DNA of 64,000 bases from Candidatus Latescibacterota bacterium (GTDB lineage Bacteria > Latescibacterota > UBA2968 > UBA8231). A model generated the notes under the pieces. That model was given only the letters and a program-made list of their open reading frames with translations, was not told the origin of the DNA and made no database searches. Made by a program: the position numbers and the translations under genes. Each line of letters opens with the position of its first letter. Positions within the stretch are counted from its first letter, which is position 1. The stretch is from positions 2,912,001-2,976,000 of the forward strand of contig OZ244561.1 of NCBI GenBank assembly GCA_965217585.1. Reading direction: 5' to 3'. Of the stretch, positions 38,895 to 47,883 are shown piece by piece.

Positions 38895-39287
38895 TCACGC
38901 CCGCTCCTCCTCTGGAAACTCGCCCCGAACCCGTTCAAGCAGTACTTCGACGAGCGCGAGCGCCCCTTCCCGATCAATCGCCTCAGTACTGGAGTCGATA
39001 CCCTCATAGCGAAACTCGACAGCGTATGGGGTGTATCCGATCAGCTTCTGAAAAAGCTTCGTAGCAACGCCTTGGGCGGCGAGGAGATTCAGCAGCAATT
39101 CCAGATTGTGCGTGAGAGGGTACGTCTCACCTAGCAGGGCGAGCCATGCCTTGAACGACTTCTCGGCTGCTTGCTGCACGTGGAATCCAAACGCCTCTTC
39201 CGGCACACTAGCCGTCATGCCTTGGAGCGTAAGGAGGTCGCGCTCGGCTGCCTGAAACATCGCTCTTGCACATTTAACGTCGCTCAT
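38895..39287 (-). CDS. HEPN-domain protein
   Basis: FHVQQAAEKSFKA, THNL, YAVEFRY; start MSDVKC. Confidence 0.88.
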   Translation of the reverse strand: MSDVKCARAMFQAAERDLLTLQGMTASVPEEAFGFHVQQAAEKSFKAWLALLGETYPLTHNLELLLNLLAAQGVATKLFQKLIGYTPYAVEFRYEGIDSSTEAIDREGALALVEVLLERVRGEFPEEERA

Positions 39288-39627
39288 AAAGCACCTTTCC
39301 CTCTCGCAGTGCCCGCGCCAAAACGTGGTTGAGGGAGTCGCGCCAGTAGGCGACGTCTTCATGGGAATAGACCAAGACATCGACCGGGACGAAAAATCTC
39401 GCTAGCGCGTGGTAGAGTCGGACCATCTCTTGGTGGCGACTGCGCCCCGGACCAAACGGTTCGGCTTCCACGACGATCAGATCGACGTCCGAATCTTCCC
39501 GCTCGTCGCCCCGGCCGCGGGAGCCGAAAAGGATCACCTGCTCGGGATCGACTTCGGCGACGATGGCTTGGACCATCTGCTCAATGAGTGTGTCGGTGAC
39601 TTGGGTCACGGACGGTGTCGTATTCAT
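39274..39627 (-). CDS. Minimal nucleotidyltransferase (partner of HEPN)
   Basis: PEQVILFGSRGRGDEREDSDVDLIVV, PVDVLVY, EGKVLYE. Confidence 0.9.
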   Translation of the reverse strand: MNTTPSVTQVTDTLIEQMVQAIVAEVDPEQVILFGSRGRGDEREDSDVDLIVVEAEPFGPGRSRHQEMVRLYHALARFFVPVDVLVYSHEDVAYWRDSLNHVLARALREGKVLYERR

Positions 39628-39836
39628 CAGACCCAAGGGCTAAATTCGCCTGATTGAACCGGCTTGCGGGCATATCCCTCCCGGTGTTTTTGCTCCTTTT
39701 CTTTTATTTCTTCATGCCTGAGAGCAGCGTATAGAGCCGATCGCGCAAAAGCCGATCGCGTTGTACCTGTTTTTTTTATGACCTTATCAACCGCCTCAAT
39801 CAGTTCCTCATCGAGGGTCATTTGGACTGTTCTCAT
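39627..39836 (-). CDS. CopG/RHH antitoxin (type usually paired with MazF), C-terminally clipped, no toxin
   Basis: MRTVQMTLDEELIEAVD...RSAFARSAL...HREGY..KPV..GEF; GGAG RBS. Confidence 0.75.
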   Translation of the reverse strand: MRTVQMTLDEELIEAVDKVIKKTGTTRSAFARSALYAALRHEEIKEKEQKHREGYARKPVQSGEFSPWV

Positions 39837-39983
39837 GTCTTGGTCTCCGGAATTGATTTCAACAGAATAGTTATTTTTATAGCTATAATCTATGCCACTT
39901 TGCCTGTCAACTGTGCCCGGCCGCGTCGAATGGGCTGTGGTATTCGGATTCGGCCACGACTACGTGAAATGACGCATTCAGGG

Positions 39984-41930
39984 TCAATACATGCGGATTA
40001 CGTTGCCCGTCATGCCGGTGAATCCATCCACGACCAGCCACGCCCCACCCGAAGCGAATTGCCCAAGTATTACCCCCAAAAAGAACCAGCGCGTCGAGCG
40101 GTAGCCGTTCGGCCCCATGTATTTCAAGACGACGGATTTAATCAGCCAAGCGAGAAAGATGCTGAACCAGATATTGCCGAGGATCCAAGTGCCGCTGGCC
40201 ACGTAGCCTATGGGATGCAGGGGCCACCACAACAAGTGGTGGCGCGCCCACAGCAAGAGCGCCATGACCGCGGCCCCCACCCCGTTCCAGAGCCACCCCG
40301 GCCAATAGGGTCCGGTCGGCGTCTCGATGAAGCGGGCGGCGAAGCGAAACGGCTCAAAGGCGAAAAGGCCGGAGAAATACTGCCGGTGCAGGTTGAGCGC
40401 CCCGTACTGGTAGCCCAAGTTCAAGGTCGCGTAGATCGAGCCCAAAAGGCCGATGACCAGCGCCGCCGTTAGCATCGCTAGGACGCGCCGCCGCCCGACC
40501 TTTAGGCCGTGCAACATGCGGATGCCGTTGGCGCAGGGGGCCATCATAAAGACTAGCAGGTCGCCCGCCCAAGCGAGGGTAAAGCCCAGCGCCATCATCC
40601 CCGTCGCCCCCAGCGCGGTCGAGCCGACACCCGAGACCACAAAGCCCGCGCCCGAAAGCCCCTCCACGGCCGACGAGAGGCCAGCTTCGACAATCACGCG
40701 GGTGAGGGCGAAGAAGATCGCAAACGCCGCGCCGAGAAACAGCACCACCGCCCACCAAGGCAGCCCCGTCTGCCACAGCCACAAGCCCATGACGACCGAG
40801 CCTACCGCCAAGCCGACCAAGGCCGTTCGGTAGGACAGCAACTCCCCGGCTGCGCTGCCGCCGGCTCGGGCCTGCTGCCACACGGCCTTTAGATGCCCGC
40901 GTGCCGTCCACAGCCCGAGGATGACCAGCGCAATCATCGCGCCCATGCTCTGATGGCTCAACATGCCCGTGGTGGGGCCAGCATGGCTGTAGGCATCGAG
41001 CTGTTCGGTGGTGAAGACGCCCAGCGTCGAACAGGCCCATTCTTGGGCTTTGGCCAACAGGTAGAAAAACCACAAGCTGCCGGAGATTCCGGTGTTGATA
41101 AAGTAGGCTAGGCCCATCATCAGGTAGTTGAGCCGGATGTGCAAGACAACCGCGTCGTGCCCCAAGGCTAGCGGCAGGTTGAGATCGACGCGCGGCGCGA
41201 ATTCGTAGTAGTGGCTAAAGGAGTTGATCGTATTGAGGATCGCCGGCACCGCAAAGCCAGCCCACATTATTGGATTGCGCAAAAAGGGCTTTATGCGCGC
41301 TGGCTGCGGGCCGTCCTCGATCATCCCCAACGGCACTTGGACCAGCGGGTAGAGCAACCGCTCGTGGTCCATCCACTGCCGCCGCATAATCACCATCGCG
41401 CAGATGAGCACGAGGTAGAAGGCGGCCATAAAGAGCAACCACCAGAAAAGCGGCTCGACCCAAGCGCCATAGGGAATGGATTCGCCACGGGGTAGCCCCT
41501 CGTAAAACTGCTTGATCGCCACCTCGTCTTGGACGACCAGCCAGGTGGGGATGTGGGATACCAGTAAATCCGCCCAATTATTTTCTGGGGTTGCGTAGTA
41601 GAGCACACTGGAAATGGCGGGGATTGTGGCACCGGTAAAGCCCCGCGAGGGGATCGCCGTTGCCAGCATCATCATCGCGGTAATCAGCAGCAGTTCGGCG
41701 CGGTTGAATGCCCAGTGCCGCCGCATTAGCCCCAGCAGCGGTTGCACCAGCGCGAGCAGCCAGAAGAGCAGGAAAAAGGCGGCCGGCGTCGATGAACTCA
41801 AGCCCAGCCGGGTGCCCTTGATGACGAATTCCCCATAGGGCAGGCCGACGGCGATCAAGGCGCAAAGCCCGAGGCCAGTCAGCATCGCCGGTAGGCGAAT
41901 TGCGAGGGAGGGCTGGGGGTCTGGGGACAT
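39984..41930 (-). CDS. Polytopic membrane protein (DUF6785/DUF6784-like putative transporter)
   Basis: Many TM helices; RRQWMDHERLLYPL, WWPLHPIGY, FLAWLIKSVVLKY motifs. Confidence 0.7.
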   Translation of the reverse strand: MSPDPQPSLAIRLPAMLTGLGLCALIAVGLPYGEFVIKGTRLGLSSSTPAAFFLLFWLLALVQPLLGLMRRHWAFNRAELLLITAMMMLATAIPSRGFTGATIPAISSVLYYATPENNWADLLVSHIPTWLVVQDEVAIKQFYEGLPRGESIPYGAWVEPLFWWLLFMAAFYLVLICAMVIMRRQWMDHERLLYPLVQVPLGMIEDGPQPARIKPFLRNPIMWAGFAVPAILNTINSFSHYYEFAPRVDLNLPLALGHDAVVLHIRLNYLMMGLAYFINTGISGSLWFFYLLAKAQEWACSTLGVFTTEQLDAYSHAGPTTGMLSHQSMGAMIALVILGLWTARGHLKAVWQQARAGGSAAGELLSYRTALVGLAVGSVVMGLWLWQTGLPWWAVVLFLGAAFAIFFALTRVIVEAGLSSAVEGLSGAGFVVSGVGSTALGATGMMALGFTLAWAGDLLVFMMAPCANGIRMLHGLKVGRRRVLAMLTAALVIGLLGSIYATLNLGYQYGALNLHRQYFSGLFAFEPFRFAARFIETPTGPYWPGWLWNGVGAAVMALLLWARHHLLWWPLHPIGYVASGTWILGNIWFSIFLAWLIKSVVLKYMGPNGYRSTRWFFLGVILGQFASGGAWLVVDGFTGMTGNVIRMY

Positions 41931-42103
41931 GGATATGTGGGGTAGTGGGTGCGCGGCGAATTGGGAAACGTAGCCAAATCCGCGGATACCCGTCAATGAA
42001 CGGCTGAATCCGCTGCAAAGGGTGGCGGCGCTCTGGTTGCTGTCTGCGGGAAAATGCCGCTAACTATCTGGACATCCGACGACCTTTTTATAGACGAGGA
42101 GAT

Positions 42104-44062
42104 ATGGAGCGCAAAATTTACGCCTTTGGCATGGACGGCTTTATCGTCCCAATGATGAAGCGATTCGCCGCGGAAGGGGCCTTGCCCCACTTCGAGCGCC
42201 TGCTGCGCGAGGGGACGGTCAACCAGACCCTGCCCTCCTTCCCAGTGTGGACTCCGACCAACTGGGCCACCCTTTCGACGGGGGCGCACACGGGCACGCA
42301 CGGGGTGACGCGCTGGCGGGTGGAAGTCGCGCCGGGCCAGCGGATCGACAGTTTCGACGGGCGGGCCAACAATGCCGAGCGCATCTGGAATGCCTTGGAG
42401 CGGGCGGGCATGCAGAGCGTGGCCGTACACTATCCAGCGGCCCATCCTTCCGGGGTAGAGACGGGTTTTGTCGTCGATGGCTTTGGCCACCCCGGACACC
42501 AAAGCACGGATTTTGAAGTGGCCACCTGCCAAGCCTACACCACGGAGGCCGCGCTAGAGGAAGCTATTGAGATGGACCACGACGGCACGGCCGTGCGGCA
42601 AGCCCAGAGCAGCGTCGAGCCGATCCCGCCTCTAAAGGCGGCGCAAGGGTGGCGGAACCTACCCGAAAGTCATGCCCCACCGTTGGAAAGCCGCATTGAG
42701 GTAGTGGCTCGGTTGGGTGGGGATGTCACCGCATTTCACCTGCTGGCGGTGGACAGTGCGGGGAAGGGCTACGACCGGGTGCTGGTGTGTCGGGACCGGG
42801 ACGGAGCTAGTTGCATAGCCGTTGCCGGGGTAGGGGAATGGAGCGAGTGGGTGGTGGAGGACTTTGCCATCGACGGGAACAGACGCTCGGCTTCGGTGCG
42901 CTTCAAGCTGATGGAACTGGCAGCGGACGGCAGCCAGCTCAAGCTCTACCGCACTCAGGTGACCTATACCGACGGCTTTACTCTGCCCGACGAGTTGGCC
43001 GGGGAACTGGTGGAGCGCTTTGGGCCGTATCAGGAACACGCCTCTATGTTGCCCTATACCGCGGGGATGGCCGATTTTGACACGGCCTTGGAAGAATGCG
43101 AGTACCAGGGGATGTGGTTTGCCGAGGTCGCTCGCTATATGCTGCGCGAGCGAGGCTGTTCCTTTTTTCTTTGCCACTGGCATCTGTACGACTATCTCAA
43201 CCACATCCATCTCGGGGACGTGGATCCCGTGTGCCCGGGGTATGCCGCCGAGCGTGCCGAACAGTACTTGGACTATTTTCGGCGGGCCTATCAGGTGGGG
43301 GACCGCATTTTGGGGCGGCTGTGGGAGGATGAGGATGAGCATACGTACGTGGGCGTGGTGTCCGACCACGGGTGCTCGCCCGATGTGCGGGTGGCCAATA
43401 TCCGGCAGTTTTTGCACGAGCAGGGCTTTCTGGCACTCAAGGGCGGGAAAGAGGCGCTGGTGCGCGATCAAGTGCGCGAGGAAGATATCGACTGGGAGCG
43501 CACCCGGGCCTATATGAAGGACGACAAGGGGTTTGACATTTTCATCAACGCCGAGTTAGGGCCGGAATTCGACCGCATTGAGGCCGAATTGCTGCTAGCC
43601 CTGCGCACTTGGGTTGACCAGGAAGTGGGGCGCAATCCAGTGGCCTTGGCCCTGCCTCGGCGGGACGCGTACATCCTCGGCCAGTGGGGCGACCAGTGCG
43701 GCGATGTGGTCTTTGCTTGGGACCACGGGTACGTGAGCGGGTACTATGGGCAGTGGCGGGGCATTGCGGGCGGGGGCTGTGTTGGAGCGCCCAATGTGTA
43801 CGGGGCACACCACGGAGGGTTTCTGCCGACCCAGAGCCAGACCTCGTCCAGCTTTGGCTCGTGGTTGCTGGCCGGGACGGGGGTGAAGCGGGGCTACGAG
43901 CGGCCGGTGGAGAAGCTGGGGTACATCCATGCCGCCGACGTCGTGCCCACCTTCTGCCAGATACTGGGGGCCGAGCCGCCTCGCCAGGCGCAGGGGACGG
44001 TGGCGCGGGATTTGTTTGAAGGGCACGAGATGGTCAGGGAGCGGGATCCTGGCCGGTCCTGA
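42104..44062 (+). CDS. Alkaline phosphatase superfamily, type I phosphodiesterase/nucleotide pyrophosphatase
   Basis: FGMDG, WTPTNWATLSTG, VVSDHG, GAHHGG, DVVPT. Confidence 0.88.
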   Translation: MERKIYAFGMDGFIVPMMKRFAAEGALPHFERLLREGTVNQTLPSFPVWTPTNWATLSTGAHTGTHGVTRWRVEVAPGQRIDSFDGRANNAERIWNALERAGMQSVAVHYPAAHPSGVETGFVVDGFGHPGHQSTDFEVATCQAYTTEAALEEAIEMDHDGTAVRQAQSSVEPIPPLKAAQGWRNLPESHAPPLESRIEVVARLGGDVTAFHLLAVDSAGKGYDRVLVCRDRDGASCIAVAGVGEWSEWVVEDFAIDGNRRSASVRFKLMELAADGSQLKLYRTQVTYTDGFTLPDELAGELVERFGPYQEHASMLPYTAGMADFDTALEECEYQGMWFAEVARYMLRERGCSFFLCHWHLYDYLNHIHLGDVDPVCPGYAAERAEQYLDYFRRAYQVGDRILGRLWEDEDEHTYVGVVSDHGCSPDVRVANIRQFLHEQGFLALKGGKEALVRDQVREEDIDWERTRAYMKDDKGFDIFINAELGPEFDRIEAELLLALRTWVDQEVGRNPVALALPRRDAYILGQWGDQCGDVVFAWDHGYVSGYYGQWRGIAGGGCVGAPNVYGAHHGGFLPTQSQTSSSFGSWLLAGTGVKRGYERPVEKLGYIHAADVVPTFCQILGAEPPRQAQGTVARDLFEGHEMVRERDPGRS

Positions 44063-44189
44063 TGCCCCAGACCGTTCCAACTTCGGCGGCTAAAATTCAA
44101 GGACGGCGTTGTAATCCTCACAACAGCGTGCACGCACGCACAACAAAAGGTGCAGGCTCAAAAGCACCGAGAAAAGTGGGAGAACGGAG

Positions 44190-45167
44190 ATGAGTGAGAC
44201 AACGCCAATGGAAAAGCACGTGCTGGTGTGCGACTGGGTGTCCGAAGACCTCGATCCGGAAAGGGAACGGCTCGGGCGGGCGGGGATTGCGCTCTCCTCT
44301 TCGGGAATCGCGATCACCGATTCAGTGGATGAAAAGCGGTGCAAACTGAAGCAGGCGATCGCATTGACCCCCCGCATCGACGCGCTGATGTTCTGCATCG
44401 CCCCGGTAGACGCGGAGATCATCGGCCTGCTCCCCGGTAGCTGTAAACTGCTGCAGCGATATGGCACGGGTCTCGACAACGTCGACCTGGAAGCGGCCGT
44501 CGAACGCGGCATGAGCGTCCGCAATACGCCGCAGTACTGCGTCGAGGAAGTGGCGGTCCACGCCATGGGCATGTCCCTGGCCCTGCACCGCCAGCTTGGA
44601 TCGACGCAGGAGCGGCTGCTGCGCGGGGAGTGGTCGCTGAAACCGTCGGCTCCCATCCGGCGGTTGAGCAGGCTGAGGCTGGGAGTGCTGGGATTCGGCC
44701 GCATCGGCCGCAAGTTGGGCGAACTGATGCGGCCCTTGGTGCGGGACGTGGTCTATTTCGACGAAGTGGAGGCCGATGGGATCAACTGGGCCACGCGGAT
44801 CGGGCGGGAAGAACTGCTGCGAACGGCGGATCTGGTTTCGCTGCACCTGCCGCTGACGCCCCAGACGCGCTGTATCATCAACGCCGAGACCCTGGCAATG
44901 ATGAAGAAGTCCGCCCTGTTGGTCAACGTGGCGCGCGGCGCCCTGGTCGACTCCGAGGCGTTGGCCGCGGCCCTGAACGAGGGACGGCTCGGCGGTGCCG
45001 GCCTGGACGTCTTCGAACCGGAGATCCTTCCCGGCGACTCCCCGCTGCGGACGGCGGCGAATATCCTGCTGACGAGCCATACGGCCTGGTATAGCGAGGA
45101 TTCGGTTCAGGACGCGCGGGTCGAGGCCGTGGAGAGTGTCATAGAAGTTCTCGGCGAAGGGAAGTAG
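44190..45167 (+). CDS. D-isomer-specific 2-hydroxyacid dehydrogenase (CtBP/SerA-like)
   Basis: RYGTGLDNVD, GFGRIG, LHLPLT, NVARG, DVFEPE, TSHTAWYS. Confidence 0.93.
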   Translation: MSETTPMEKHVLVCDWVSEDLDPERERLGRAGIALSSSGIAITDSVDEKRCKLKQAIALTPRIDALMFCIAPVDAEIIGLLPGSCKLLQRYGTGLDNVDLEAAVERGMSVRNTPQYCVEEVAVHAMGMSLALHRQLGSTQERLLRGEWSLKPSAPIRRLSRLRLGVLGFGRIGRKLGELMRPLVRDVVYFDEVEADGINWATRIGREELLRTADLVSLHLPLTPQTRCIINAETLAMMKKSALLVNVARGALVDSEALAAALNEGRLGGAGLDVFEPEILPGDSPLRTAANILLTSHTAWYSEDSVQDARVEAVESVIEVLGEGK

Positions 45168-45284
45168 GTGCCAGGCTCACCCGACTACACCCCCGGCCTC
45201 GCCGAGCGCGGCTTCGACGAGGCGGCCCTAACGAGCATCCTGGGCGGCAACCACCTGCGCCTGCTCAAAGCCGTGATCGGGTGA
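45168..45284 (+). pseudogene. C-terminal remnant of a membrane dipeptidase (peptidase M19-like)
   Basis: GLAERGFDEAALTSILGGNHLRLLKAVIG* matches the M19 C-terminal GL..RG.....I.GGN.LR pattern. Confidence 0.65.
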
Positions 45285-45315
45285 AGTGTGCGGGTGCCGG
45301 GCACCTTACTGCGGA

Positions 45316-45552
45316 TCAAAATAAATGCCCTACTGGAATTACCTCATTGCGTTTAGCTGCTTTCTTGCCCGTGGCTATTTCGTGCACTACATGAAGGATA
45401 TCGGCGGAATAATACCGATTGCCGCACGAATCGCAGACGCCTATCGCGACATCTTCCAGAATCACAAACCTATTTTTGTGCTTGAACGCCTCATGCGCGA
45501 CAAGACGTGGTTTAACCGTTCCGTCGCAGTATTCGCAATTGTATCCGTACAT
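45316..45552 (-). CDS. YgiT-type zinc-finger protein (MqsA N-terminal-like antitoxin)
   Basis: CEYC...GVCDSCGNRYY; start MYGYN at 45552. Confidence 0.85.
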   Translation of the reverse strand: MYGYNCEYCDGTVKPRLVAHEAFKHKNRFVILEDVAIGVCDSCGNRYYSADILHVVHEIATGKKAAKRNEVIPVGHLF

Positions 45553-45557
45553 GGTCC

Positions 45558-45854
45558 TTATTCCTTGAGTTCGGTGACTTCGTAGACCGTAATAATCAGG
45601 AAGCGGTCGTTTCCAGTAAAACGCCCGACAACACCGACTGGCGTCTTCTGATCGACAGCCATGCCTTCTATGATGTACTTCGTTCCTCTCGGATCGTCCC
45701 TTTCCATACGGACAATTTGTCCATTCCATACCGCTGTCTCGACATCGACAATATCCAGTAAATCCTCGGCCATCTCCTCCATAGCGTGAGCGGACATATC
45801 GTATTGGCGCGCCCGGATCTTGTCTCTTATGCGCTCTATGAGGCTCAGCGACAA
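45558..45854 (-). CDS. DUF4258 family protein (RelE-like putative toxin)
   Basis: SAHAMEEM, DVETAV.NG.I, LIITVYE. Confidence 0.8.
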   Translation of the reverse strand: MSLSLIERIRDKIRARQYDMSAHAMEEMAEDLLDIVDVETAVWNGQIVRMERDDPRGTKYIIEGMAVDQKTPVGVVGRFTGNDRFLIITVYEVTELKE

Positions 45855-46080
45855 GCAGGTCCTCCCCTCTCCCTTGTGACATATAACTTAGATTATTCTT
45901 GGCCTGTCTCCAAGCAGATCTCCTTGAGGTGGGCACGGCGCGCTCCGCGGCCAGGGCGCTTGACAAAGCGCCTTTTTGGCGGGTATCTAGGGCGCTGTCA
46001 ATGGATGGAAACCCACAAATCCCTGGAAATCGGCCGCCCTGGCCAGCCGAATCCACGGAAACGCGGACCTGTGCTGGTGT

Positions 46081-46160
46081 GGACGGTGGCGCGGGATTTG
46101 TTTGAGGGACACGAAATGGTCCGGGAGCGGGCGGCTAGCCGCGAATGGAGCGATCAGTAA
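46081..46160 (+). repeat. Diverged duplicate of the 3' tail of the phosphodiesterase gene (43995-44045)
   Basis: Both encode TVARDLFEGHEMVRER with only synonymous differences; this copy ends AASREWSDQ* just before the aldo/keto reductase RBS. Confidence 0.92.
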
Positions 46161-46180
46161 CACCTACTTGAGGAGGAACC

Positions 46181-47065
46181 ATGGACAATTTGACTAAACG
46201 CACCTTGGGTCGCACGGGCCTCGAGGTCACGCAACTCGGCTTTGGAGCGGCTGAGCGCGGCCTGCCGGATGAAGCGGAGTACGACGATCAGGCGGGTAGC
46301 GTATTGAATGCAGCCCTCGATGCGGGGATCAACCTCGTTGACACAGCCCCGGATTACGGCGCGAGCGAGGAGCGGGTCGGCAAGTATCTCAGCCATCGCC
46401 GCGACGAGTTTTTTCTAGCTACTAAATGTGGCTGCAACATCGACGAGGAGGGCAACAGACTGGAGCCGGGCCACTTGTGGACGGCCGAGCGCTTGCGCAC
46501 CAACATCGACCAGAGTCTGCGTCGCCTGAAGACCGACTGCGTAGATCTGCTACAGATGCACAATCCCACCGTGGAAGACGTTGAAATAGGAGGGCTGATC
46601 GAAGTGCTTGAGGATATCCGACAGGCGGGAAAGACCCGTTTCATCGGCGTGTCTTCCACGCTGCCGCATCTGGCCGCATTCGTGGAGTCGGGTGCGTTTG
46701 ATGCGTTTCAGATCCCCTATTCGGCTCTTGAGCGCCAGCACGAAAGGACGATTCAGGAAGCGGCCGACGCCGGAGCTGGCATTCTCATTCGCGGTGGTAT
46801 TAGCCTGGGACACCGGGCCAATGAGGAGCGCCAGTCGAAATGGGAGCAGGCGGGGCTCGACGAACTGATCGGCGGGATGAGTCGTCACGAATTTGTCCTG
46901 CGCTTCACCCTCGCCCATCCAGCGTGTCACACGACGATTGTCGGCACGACGAACCTCGAGCACATGAAGGCCAATGTCGCTGCGGCCTTGGCGGGTCCAC
47001 TGCCTGCGGATCTCTACGCGGAGACAAAGGCTAGGCTGGCGAGTATTGGCGAGGAGCCGGAGTAG
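46181..47065 (+). CDS. Aldo/keto reductase
   Basis: LGRTGLEVTQLGFG, DTAPDYG.SE, ATKCG, SLRRLKTDCVDLLQMH. Confidence 0.95.
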   Translation: MDNLTKRTLGRTGLEVTQLGFGAAERGLPDEAEYDDQAGSVLNAALDAGINLVDTAPDYGASEERVGKYLSHRRDEFFLATKCGCNIDEEGNRLEPGHLWTAERLRTNIDQSLRRLKTDCVDLLQMHNPTVEDVEIGGLIEVLEDIRQAGKTRFIGVSSTLPHLAAFVESGAFDAFQIPYSALERQHERTIQEAADAGAGILIRGGISLGHRANEERQSKWEQAGLDELIGGMSRHEFVLRFTLAHPACHTTIVGTTNLEHMKANVAAALAGPLPADLYAETKARLASIGEEPE

Positions 47066-47097
47066 CTTGAGAAGCCGACACAAGGATGAGGCAGCCC

Positions 47098-47865
47098 CTA
47101 ACTGAGCATGGCGCGTTCTTCGTCGCTCATGTCGAGGATGTAATCGGGGGCTTGCGTCCGATGGTAGCCGGGCGCGTGGGCTTGGAAAGAGGGACTGTAC
47201 TTGTAGATCAGTGAGCGGCGCTGGTGTTCGCCCTGCCATACCAGCGTGCCGTGGGTCAGTGCTTCGGTGAAGACAAGGGCGTCGCCGGCTTGGCTGTGGA
47301 CCTCTTTGACGTACTCGCGGTGTTCTTCGTACAGGGACAGCTTCTCGGGCAGGGGAAAATTGGCTTTGTGGGACCCGGGTATGACCGCTAGGCCACCGTC
47401 GCCGGGGCCTTCGTCGGCTAGCTGGAATTCGACCACGGTCAAACCGCAAAACATCTGGCCAAATTTGAAGGTGTAGGTCTGCGAGAAATCTTGGCGCTCA
47501 ACGCCGCCGCCGTGTAGAAAGTGGCCACCGTCGCCTTTGTCCATGGCAATGAGCAAGGGACCGTGATCTAGGCGGTAGCCGCCGAGCAGTTCGTTGAGAT
47601 AGGGCTGGATCACGGCGTGGACGAGTAGGTCGCGAAAAGGCTCGCAGTGCGGGCGTTCCCATTCCAACATGCCCTCCATCCACTTTTGCTTGTCCGTGCC
47701 GCCGAGGACCTTGGAGTTTCCTTCGAGGGTGCGCTCGGTCTGGAAAAAGCGATCGACGTGGGCGTCGATGGCGGCGTTGCAGCGGTCCACTTCCTCCTCG
47801 CTCAGCACCCCCTTGAGGTGGACGAAGCCTTTGAGGTCGAAGAAGAATTTATCGTCGTCGTTCAC
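47098..47865 (-). CDS. PhyH-family Fe(II)/2OG enzyme (HxG variant)
   Basis: FFFDLKGF, LHGG, DGGLAVIPGSHKAN, GDALVFTEALTHG. Confidence 0.88.
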   Translation of the reverse strand: MNDDDKFFFDLKGFVHLKGVLSEEEVDRCNAAIDAHVDRFFQTERTLEGNSKVLGGTDKQKWMEGMLEWERPHCEPFRDLLVHAVIQPYLNELLGGYRLDHGPLLIAMDKGDGGHFLHGGGVERQDFSQTYTFKFGQMFCGLTVVEFQLADEGPGDGGLAVIPGSHKANFPLPEKLSLYEEHREYVKEVHSQAGDALVFTEALTHGTLVWQGEHQRRSLIYKYSPSFQAHAPGYHRTQAPDYILDMSDEERAMLS

Positions 47866-47883
47866 AGGTCTTTGGGTTCGCTT

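Noticed and set aside
45553-46056. 246-aa ORF as one protein
   Set aside because: Only the last 78 aa form the YgiT zinc finger; the rest overlaps DUF4258 and promoter sequence
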